From the NCBI GenBank assembly GCA_965662895.1, contig CBFIJH010000003.1, positions 29,150 through 93,149 of the forward strand: DNA of 64,000 nucleotides, given 5' to 3'. The translations under genes were made by a program, and so were the position numbers. Positions 56,560 through 64,000 of this stretch are shown piece after piece (position 1 is the first letter of the stretch; every line of letters starts with the position of its first letter). Under the pieces are notes generated by a model, which made no database searches, was not told where the DNA came from, and saw only the letters and a program-made list of their open reading frames with translations. This DNA comes from Candidatus Poseidoniaceae archaeon (GTDB lineage: Archaea > Thermoplasmatota > Poseidoniia > Poseidoniales > Poseidoniaceae).

Positions 56560-56597
56560 AACGCATCCACTGAATCACTTGTTTTGAAGAATTGCAT

Positions 56598-57830
56598 TTA
56601 CAACAAGTTTGAATCTGTAATCCATTGGACCAGTAATGCAAATGGTAGAATTAAAATTGGAGTAAGAATTCTTGTAAATGCAGCTCTCGGGCGTGCCAAT
56701 CGAGACGTTGCCAGATCAACCCATCGAAGAATTCCCATGGTGATTGCCGTTAACATGCCGCCAAGAACGGTCAAAACCCAGGATATCTCATCGTCAAATC
56801 CCAACTGCGTTAGTGCGGTCAAACCCGAGCCAAGAAGGAGTGCGTGTATGTACGAATGGGGAATACCTTGGCGATGAGATTTCCACCAGTCCAATGCGCG
56901 ATGTTCGTGCAACATTGCAACCATGTTATCGCCGACGAGTCCTGCTGCAAATGCCGCACTCAGGTAGAGTCCAGATGTCTGGATGAGATTTGAATCAACT
57001 GCGGATGGTTCGACAAGAGCCAACAGAATGCCGAGCGTTAGGAATCCTGCGATTCCATTGCTTGCAAGCGTTGCGAGCGTCCTTTGATTGAGAGCGAGTC
57101 CTGTGCGTAGCGCTGTGTTGTTTTTCGCGGTGGTTGTTTTGAAAATTCGCTCATCACGTTGTCCGAGATCGAACTCAGTGTTTTCAACCAATTCATCCGA
57201 TGCAAAGATGTGCGTTGCACATTTCATGAACACAGCATGATGACTCGCCAAGAGAATACAATTGCCACGTTCTCTGAGTTCTTCCAAATCTTCAACGAGT
57301 AAGAGACGCGAATCTTCATCCAAACCTGCTGCAGGCTCGTCCAGAAACAACAACCGAGGCTCGGTTCCAACAAAACCAGGTAAAATTCCTGCGAGCATTG
57401 CTACCTTTCTGCGCTGTCCTCCCGACAAATGAGCAATGAGGTCGTGTCTGCGATGAGCGAGATTGTAACGACGCAGCCAATCGTCAATTTCAATCCGTCC
57501 TCCAGCGAGATCAAGGGCATTCAAAATATGCTCTTCAACCCGTTGACTTCCAATGCATGAGTCCGATTGCAATGTAAGCCCAAAGGCTCTTTTGGCACGT
57601 TTTGTTCGACCACTCGAATCAATGATTGGTTCACCGTAATGACGTATTTCACCGGTTTCGAGTGGGAGAATGCCTGCTGATGCCTCAAGAATTGTTGATT
57701 TTCCAGCTCCGTTCTTTTCGTTCAAAAGAATGAGCTGACCTGTTGTGCATATCATGTTGAGATTCTTCAACACAGTTGAGGAACCTCGACGCACGGAGAC
57801 GTCCTTGAGTGACAAGAGCACCTCGCCCAT
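56598..57830 (-). CDS. ABC ATPase fused to a C-terminal membrane domain (CcmA/CcmB-like candidate)
   Basis: EKNGAGKST, LSGGQRRK, FLDEPAAGLD and ASHH motifs, followed by about 5-6 hydrophobic helices; directly upstream of ccmC. Confidence 0.7.
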   Translation of the reverse strand: MGEVLLSLKDVSVRRGSSTVLKNLNMICTTGQLILLNEKNGAGKSTILEASAGILPLETGEIRHYGEPIIDSSGRTKRAKRAFGLTLQSDSCIGSQRVEEHILNALDLAGGRIEIDDWLRRYNLAHRRHDLIAHLSGGQRRKVAMLAGILPGFVGTEPRLLFLDEPAAGLDEDSRLLLVEDLEELRERGNCILLASHHAVFMKCATHIFASDELVENTEFDLGQRDERIFKTTTAKNNTALRTGLALNQRTLATLASNGIAGFLTLGILLALVEPSAVDSNLIQTSGLYLSAAFAAGLVGDNMVAMLHEHRALDWWKSHRQGIPHSYIHALLLGSGLTALTQLGFDDEISWVLTVLGGMLTAITMGILRWVDLATSRLARPRAAFTRILTPILILPFALLVQWITDSNLL

Positions 57831-57906
57831 ACCCAATCCACAACCCTCCCATGAATGAATGCTGCGTCAGGACAAGACCCTTAGTTTGGTAAACGTTGGG
57901 AGGGCC

Positions 57907-58953
57907 ATGGGCCAACTGTATCTTTCGACATTTGGCTCCAGTGAGTGGGTTTTTCTCATTCTTTGGTTCGGTGCAGTCGCAGCCCCTATCGCTTACTCTT
58001 TTCGAAACAAGACCCCAATTGCATTAGGAATCTCAGTTGGGCTTTTGTTGGGTTACATTGTTCAGTACGCATTTGTTGTGTTTGTTTCATACGGTTTTGA
58101 ATTCAAATTCGTATGGTTTGATTTCTGGTTAATCCCTTCTCGATTGGATTCGCCAAGTCATCTTCATACAATTTTCACTGCTGGTTTCCTTCACAGTATG
58201 AACGACGTAACCCACGTATTGGGCAATGTTTTGGTCATTGCACTGGTAGGAATTCCGCTTGAGCAACGATTGGGTACAAAGCGATTCACGTTCATCTATG
58301 TTGCAGGATTGCTCGGTGGTTCTGTAGCATGGGTGCTTTTCAACGGTGGATCAAATACCCCGTCGTGGGGTGCTTCCGGGGCGGCATACGGTTTGCTGGG
58401 GGCGTATCTTGCAGGCTGGCCAAGGGATGAAATCCCATTCCCATTGATTCTGATACGACCGTGGCCGGTAACGATAATCGCGTTGTTTTACTTCGGGTTT
58501 GAGTTGATTCGAGCATTCAACACTGTTGGGCTGGGAGGTTATTCCACAGTGGCACACATGGCTCACATCGGGGGTTTTGTTCTCGCCTATGCTCTCTTGC
58601 CGCTCGCTGCAAAAGGTGGACCTTATCCGCTTGGCGTGATTGATGGTGGACCGAAAGGTTTCGGAAACGGAAGAGCCGGATTTGAACAAATGAAATCATC
58701 GATGGTTGATTTATCGTCGATGGAGGACCCGTGGACTGAACTCGGCCTTGAAGTACCGAAAAATTTGCGCGAGCCACTGCAGAAATTGAAGGAAGCTGGC
58801 GATGAAGCAGAAACACGTATTGCTTGGATGGAACACATTGCAGAAGCAGGGGATTGCCCCGTATGTCTTGCCCCCCTTGGAATGGTTGAACGACGGACAG
58901 GTCCTCAACTCCAATGCTCCAAAGAACCGAAACATTTGGCTTGGCCAAAATAG
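57907..58953 (+). CDS. Rhomboid intramembrane serine protease with C-terminal Cys/His Zn-ribbon-like domain
   Basis: HVLGN, GASG (catalytic Ser), AHMAHIGG (catalytic His) and CPVC...C...H tail. Confidence 0.9.
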   Translation: MGQLYLSTFGSSEWVFLILWFGAVAAPIAYSFRNKTPIALGISVGLLLGYIVQYAFVVFVSYGFEFKFVWFDFWLIPSRLDSPSHLHTIFTAGFLHSMNDVTHVLGNVLVIALVGIPLEQRLGTKRFTFIYVAGLLGGSVAWVLFNGGSNTPSWGASGAAYGLLGAYLAGWPRDEIPFPLILIRPWPVTIIALFYFGFELIRAFNTVGLGGYSTVAHMAHIGGFVLAYALLPLAAKGGPYPLGVIDGGPKGFGNGRAGFEQMKSSMVDLSSMEDPWTELGLEVPKNLREPLQKLKEAGDEAETRIAWMEHIAEAGDCPVCLAPLGMVERRTGPQLQCSKEPKHLAWPK

Positions 58954-59020
58954 GTTCAATTCGCTGAGTTCAACAAACACTCAAGCGATAGCATCAAAAT
59001 ATATCGATTTGTGGTCAGGA

Positions 59021-62000
59021 ATGGCGATTATGAGCGAAAGGTCGAGATTTTCAAATTCAAGACACGCCTTGTTCTTGGTTTTGCTTATGTTGACATTGCC
59101 AATCGCATCACAATCTCAGGCTCTGAACATTCCCACTGAATTGGACCAGCCGACCCATGCAGACCCTATTCTCGTCGATGGATTGCCCCCTCTTGTTTGC
59201 GGAGATGATTTGTGTGATCGACCGCTTCGAATGTTCGAACGCGGTGGACGAACAGCCAACATGGAATACGGCTGGTGGCAGGCTTATGGCCCTGATCTTG
59301 ACTGGAACGGAATGGATGACCGTTTGCAACGAATCATGGGAGGGCTTGAGTCGATGTCTCCGACTGCGATTCTTGGACCGGACGGTCGAAAAACAGTGGC
59401 GATTGTCGTTGATTATGCTTGGCTTCCGACGGATGAAGAATCGAAAGCCCTTCATTCCACACTGGAGAAACATGGATGGATCGGTCCCGAAGAAGGTGCC
59501 TTTTTCGAAGTGATTCGAAGCATTGATGCGATTGCAGTCGACAAAGTTCCTGTTTCAGCGCTCATGGATATTTATCATCTCAACGGCGTCGTTGTCGTAG
59601 AAATGCAAAACGTCATGGCACCGAGCAACAATGTAGCCTCGAAAGCAGCACTCGCACGCCCGTCTGAAGTTTACTCAAACACCGCCCACGAACTTGGCTA
59701 TACCGGTACCGGGGTCACCATCGCAGTCCTTGACACAGGCGTTGATAATGAGCACCGATCACTCAACGATTTCGATGACCAGAACGATGAACCTGATGCT
59801 GATGCTACGTCGTATTCTGACAGAAAGTGGATTGCAGGGTACGATGCTACAAGTCAAACTCCTGACGAGTCTGGTAATACGGACCCGGATGATGGGAACG
59901 GTCACGGCACTCACGTTGCAGGGTCTGCACTCGGAACTGGAGACGCTTCGAAAGTGCACATGGGTACTGCCCCGGGTGCAGGACTGATTGACATCAAGGT
60001 TCTAACCGATGGAGGAGGGACAAACTCACAATTTAGTCTTCGAGGACTGCAATGGATGATCAACAATGCTGATACGGATTGGGGCGTGAATTCGACCTAC
60101 ACAGGCATTCAAATCGCGTCGATGTCCTATGGCTCTCTCGGTGGTGGCCCGTTGTTACCCGGTGACTCTGGTGACAATGGTACAAGCGCCGAAGCAAATC
60201 TTGTCAATCAAGCAACATCCGCAGGAATCGTTTGTGTTGTTGCGATTGGTAACGACGGCTCCAACCGCGTACCTTCGCCTGGAAGCGCGGATACAGCCAT
60301 AACGATTGGTTCTGTTGATGACAACCAGACCGTCATCCGAACCGATGATATAGGATCAGATTTCTCCAACTATGGCCCGAGGGATTCTGATAATGATGAT
60401 GATGATGTGGATGAACAGAAACCCGATGTTACTGCGTTTGGTTCAAACATTACGTCAGCAACCTACGCAGCTTCTTTTGTCCCAATTCCTGGATCAGAGG
60501 TAGCATTAGCGGATGACCAATACGATTCGAAATCAGGAACGAGTATGGCGACACCAATCGCTTCAGGTGTTGTTGCGCTTGTCCTGGAGGCTGACCCTTC
60601 TCTCACCCCAGAAGAAGTGAAAGAGATCATACGACTTTCATCAGAACCTCGAGGTGAACCTGCAGACTCAGACATCTCTCGGTGGAATGAGACTTTTGGT
60701 ATGGGAATCATCGATGCAGCCTGTGCGATTGCGATCGCCACCGGTTTGATTTGTGACAACGGCTTGAGGGCAAAGACGAGTGACGTCAACATCACCTTCC
60801 CTGTCAACGGTACCTGGGTTATGGCGAACACAACAACCCGTATTTCAGGAGAAGTCAATCTAACCGAGGTCGATTATGAAAAAGTTGAGATTAAGATTGA
60901 ACAACGGTTCATCTTTAGAGACAAGAACAACGATGGCAAGAACGACAAGCCACCACGAACGCTCCTTGATTGGACGGAAGTCAATGGTTCGCTCGATTAT
61001 TGGTTCTACGACCTTGAACTGCAGGACTCGTGGGTTGCTTCAGATGATGAATTTATTGTCGTTTACGGGCTTGCCTCAGATGCTGAGGAGAATGAGTCCG
61101 AAATAGCGATACGAACCTTCCAACTTTCACGAACAGGTATCACTCTTGAAACGCCAATCTCAAGAAATGTGTTGAGTGGGACGATTGAAGTAACCGGTCA
61201 AGTTGAAGGTGTCGAACACGATCGTATCGAATACAAAGTCGATGATGGTGATTGGAAAACGGGTACTGAATTGACTGTACACGATGGTCCGGGACAAGAC
61301 GGCTACGATGAATGGATGTTTAATTGGGATACCACCGAAGTCGCTGATGGATACAGAGAACTCTTTGTTCGAATGGTCAACAAATCAGGCTTCTCGAGCG
61401 AGATTGAATCACGCAGTTACACCGTTGACAACGTTGCCCCTGCACCATCATTGAGGTTCCAAGGTGAGGTCGAGATTTTTGACCAAAAGTTACCTGCAGA
61501 TACAGTGTACGCAGGTAGTTTGTTGGAAGTTCAATTTGAAGTCTACAATGCAGGAGACAAAGCCGCATCCGATGTTTTTGTCCGACTTACTGCGCCGGGG
61601 GAAGAATCGGAAGTTTATCCCTCACAAGGACTCATCCCTTCACTTGAGAAAGGCGAATCTGTTGGTGTGACCTTGTTTTGGCAGGCCAGCGTAGCCGGTC
61701 TTCATGAGGTGAAAATTGAACTTGATCCAAACGATGTTCAGGGAGATTTAGAACCAGAGGACAACGTCTTGACATTCCCATTTGAAATCTTTGAACGTCC
61801 ATCTCAACCTGTACTCCGTTATCTTCCAGGAGCAGTAACGACGCTACCGAACGTTCCTTTGGCTGATGAAGAGTATACGATTTCCATTCGAATTGATAAC
61901 CTTGGCCAATCAAACGCTGTAACGCTTGACATGCTCCTTGAGTACTTGGATCCTGTTGACGGGTGGCTGCTTGTTGATGAGGAACGAATTGGATTTGTTC

Positions 62001-63910
62001 CGGGAGCAACAACGGAATCGGGCTCTGCAACGGCGCAATTCCGCCACAACAGCAAAGACATCGGAGCAGTTGTCTACCGTGCCACATTGACAGGCGATGG
62101 TGTCGAGAGCGAATTTAGTCAGTACACCTTCACCGTTGTTACCAGCGATGTATCCACAGGTCAAGGCTCTTCAACGCTCTCACTATCGGAATCTGAGATC
62201 CCAGTCGCTTTCGCAGGAATAGAGACCTCCACGCTGTTGTTTACAACGGTCGATGGAGAATTGCATGTCCGCTCGATTAACGACAATCTCATGCTGTTGA
62301 CGGATACCCTCATCGATCAAAACTGGGGCGGAGAGATTGACGTGATTGTACGTGAAGATGGTCTTGTCCATGCAGCATGGACAAGTCGAAAACAATCGGA
62401 ACAAGGATACTTCCTTAACGATGTAGCCATGACTTCCTTTTCCGCAACCGGCCAGATGCTTCCAATCCATCACCACCTTACACCTTTGAAAATCTCAGAG
62501 GGTCAGTACTGGGGTCTTGACCTTGCTGAAGAAGACGATACAGTTGTCCTTTCAGGATATTTCCGTAATATTTCTACAGGAGGTTCTTGGTCCGACTTGA
62601 CATCAATCTTCAGTATTCATTCCAGTACACCAGATGACGGTGAAAATTGGACAAACATGATCACGCACTTACCCGTTGTTGACCTTCACCCAGACGATGG
62701 TGACAAACTTGCAACTCTCCTTCATGACGGTATCCTGCACATTCTTTACCAAGAATTACGGGACGATGTAACCGGAAACGAACGAACAGGACTCATGTAT
62801 TCACGCGGTGAATTAACCTCGAACCTCTGGTCGTATCAATCTTCGATTGGAGATGAGGCACGTTCTGCACAACTTGGTATGCTTGCCGATGGCGAAAACA
62901 AGTTTTTCTTCGCTGGATGGATTGAAGGCTCTGGTCGAGATTCGAGCATCGTCGTACTTGCAACGAAAGGGGAATGGGGTGAAGATGTTCAACGAATACC
63001 TGCACCAGGAGCAACAAAAGTACTTTTCAATCAACGCGATGATGTGATTGAAGTTGTTCATGATGAAATTACAATTCGCGGAGTCGTTTCCCGATATGGG
63101 TTGTTGACAACTCAGAAACTAAATTCTGAAGAAGTTCCCGTCATTGGTTTGTCGAACATTGTTTCCGAAAAGAAATCATTGCTTGGGTACAGCATGAATA
63201 CAAAGGATGGTCTTCTGTTCACGGTATCTCCTACAGGTCGCTTCTCCATGCAAAAATTCCTCATGGATACGCCCCAGGAACCTGAAGAGCAAAAATCGTT
63301 GCTTGAACAGCTCTTGGAACCACTGCCTGGTTCTTACGAAACAAAACTCGGTATCTTTTTTGCTATTCTATCGGTCTTGGTATTGATTTTCGTGATGGTG
63401 GGCATTACTTTGCGCTCCGGCAATAAGGAAGACGAAGCATTGGATGGCTTGGCTGTAGAAGAAGATGAAATCGCCATCTTGGTGCAGGTTGAAGAAGACG
63501 AACCCGAGGAAGAACTCGTTGCATCCGTTCCTGTCGCTGCTCCGATGGTTGTTGAGATGGAGGAACCTACGCTCTCTGAAGAGTTGGAGGCGAAGAGCAT
63601 CGCAGGTGAGGGGAATGCGAGATTGAATCGTCGAATGAAGCGGAAACAAGATCGTGAAATCGCGGAAATCGTTTCAAAAGGACTCCCTCCTCTACCTACC
63701 CCGATGCCGTTACCAGTTGATTCTCCTACAGAGATTGCTCCTTCGATTCCAGTCCCAGAAATCGCGCCTGGAGCATTGCCTCCATTGGCAGATTTGCCAC
63801 CACTTCGACGACAGGCCGTTTGCCCGGCATGCAACGCAAACTTCCCAGTGACGGACTTGATGCGTGCGAGAGTCGTTTGTCCCATCTGTTCGGAACAATT
63901 CAGTCTGTGA
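59021..63910 (+). CDS. Large membrane-anchored S8 serine protease with Ig/CARDB-like domains and cytoplasmic Pro-rich and Zn-ribbon tail
   Basis: Signal peptide from ATG 59021/59030; VLDTG, HGTHVAGS, AIGN and SGTSMATP motifs; VYNAG...DPND...EDN CARDB-like domain; TM helix; CPAC...CPIC. Confidence 0.92.
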   Translation: MAIMSERSRFSNSRHALFLVLLMLTLPIASQSQALNIPTELDQPTHADPILVDGLPPLVCGDDLCDRPLRMFERGGRTANMEYGWWQAYGPDLDWNGMDDRLQRIMGGLESMSPTAILGPDGRKTVAIVVDYAWLPTDEESKALHSTLEKHGWIGPEEGAFFEVIRSIDAIAVDKVPVSALMDIYHLNGVVVVEMQNVMAPSNNVASKAALARPSEVYSNTAHELGYTGTGVTIAVLDTGVDNEHRSLNDFDDQNDEPDADATSYSDRKWIAGYDATSQTPDESGNTDPDDGNGHGTHVAGSALGTGDASKVHMGTAPGAGLIDIKVLTDGGGTNSQFSLRGLQWMINNADTDWGVNSTYTGIQIASMSYGSLGGGPLLPGDSGDNGTSAEANLVNQATSAGIVCVVAIGNDGSNRVPSPGSADTAITIGSVDDNQTVIRTDDIGSDFSNYGPRDSDNDDDDVDEQKPDVTAFGSNITSATYAASFVPIPGSEVALADDQYDSKSGTSMATPIASGVVALVLEADPSLTPEEVKEIIRLSSEPRGEPADSDISRWNETFGMGIIDAACAIAIATGLICDNGLRAKTSDVNITFPVNGTWVMANTTTRISGEVNLTEVDYEKVEIKIEQRFIFRDKNNDGKNDKPPRTLLDWTEVNGSLDYWFYDLELQDSWVASDDEFIVVYGLASDAEENESEIAIRTFQLSRTGITLETPISRNVLSGTIEVTGQVEGVEHDRIEYKVDDGDWKTGTELTVHDGPGQDGYDEWMFNWDTTEVADGYRELFVRMVNKSGFSSEIESRSYTVDNVAPAPSLRFQGEVEIFDQKLPADTVYAGSLLEVQFEVYNAGDKAASDVFVRLTAPGEESEVYPSQGLIPSLEKGESVGVTLFWQASVAGLHEVKIELDPNDVQGDLEPEDNVLTFPFEIFERPSQPVLRYLPGAVTTLPNVPLADEEYTISIRIDNLGQSNAVTLDMLLEYLDPVDGWLLVDEERIGFVPGATTESGSATAQFRHNSKDIGAVVYRATLTGDGVESEFSQYTFTVVTSDVSTGQGSSTLSLSESEIPVAFAGIETSTLLFTTVDGELHVRSINDNLMLLTDTLIDQNWGGEIDVIVREDGLVHAAWTSRKQSEQGYFLNDVAMTSFSATGQMLPIHHHLTPLKISEGQYWGLDLAEEDDTVVLSGYFRNISTGGSWSDLTSIFSIHSSTPDDGENWTNMITHLPVVDLHPDDGDKLATLLHDGILHILYQELRDDVTGNERTGLMYSRGELTSNLWSYQSSIGDEARSAQLGMLADGENKFFFAGWIEGSGRDSSIVVLATKGEWGEDVQRIPAPGATKVLFNQRDDVIEVVHDEITIRGVVSRYGLLTTQKLNSEEVPVIGLSNIVSEKKSLLGYSMNTKDGLLFTVSPTGRFSMQKFLMDTPQEPEEQKSLLEQLLEPLPGSYETKLGIFFAILSVLVLIFVMVGITLRSGNKEDEALDGLAVEEDEIAILVQVEEDEPEEELVASVPVAAPMVVEMEEPTLSEELEAKSIAGEGNARLNRRMKRKQDREIAEIVSKGLPPLPTPMPLPVDSPTEIAPSIPVPEIAPGALPPLADLPPLRRQAVCPACNANFPVTDLMRARVVCPICSEQFSL

Positions 63911-63919
63911 GGTTTGAAG

Positions 63920-64000
63920 ATGTGTGGTATCTTTGGTTATATTGGAAAGAAGAACGCATCTGAATTGCTCATCAATGGTTTGCTTCGGCTCGAATATCGT
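63920..64000 (+). CDS. glmS: Glutamine-fructose-6-phosphate aminotransferase, N-terminal fragment (runs off the window)
   Basis: MCGIFGYIGKKNASELLINGLLRLEYR matches the GlmS N-terminus (Cys nucleophile, LEYRG motif). Confidence 0.88.
   Translation, partial: MCGIFGYIGKKNASELLINGLLRLEYR

Noticed and set aside
58802-59020. N-terminal extension of the second S8 protease given in the ORF track
   Set aside because: It overlaps the rhomboid gene, and the signal peptide only begins after ATG 59021/59030.

Overview
Gene-dense 64 kb archaeal chromosome segment. Archaeal informational genes (PCNA, TFS, Nop5, fibrillarin, NMD3, Csl4-like, METTL5-like, TBP-fold protein) occur with giant membrane-anchored S8 proteases carrying TSP3-like or CARDB-like repeats, which points to Marine Group II Euryarchaeota (Ca. 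Poseidoniales); this taxonomy is an inference. The standout feature is a compact three-gene operon at 3477-13793: fabI-type enoyl reductase, a 2913-aa type I PKS/FAS megasynthase (KS-AT-ACP-like-KS-ACPx3-KR-DH) and an Sfp-type PPTase. Together these form an apparently complete carrier-protein-dependent fatty acid/polyketide pathway in an isoprenoid-lipid organism. All three carrier domains have Thr (GIDTVKQ; codons ACG/ACT/ACA) where the phosphopantetheinylated Ser is expected, and both KS domains keep a Cys-His-His triad. Other observations: a degenerate TBP paralog, a recurring non-canonical TT(G/C)AW box at -29/-30 of apparently leaderless genes, consecutive non-canonical starts (ATC for fibrillarin, CTG for mutM), a Csl4-RRM-RRM fusion, sodN-sodX, a ccmA/B-like fusion with ccmC and an unannotated ccmD-like ORF, IcmF, SMUG1, an M23 peptidase and tRNA-Gly(TCC). 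No CRISPR array, rRNA, integrase or transposase was seen. All calls come from motif reading only; no database searches were run.
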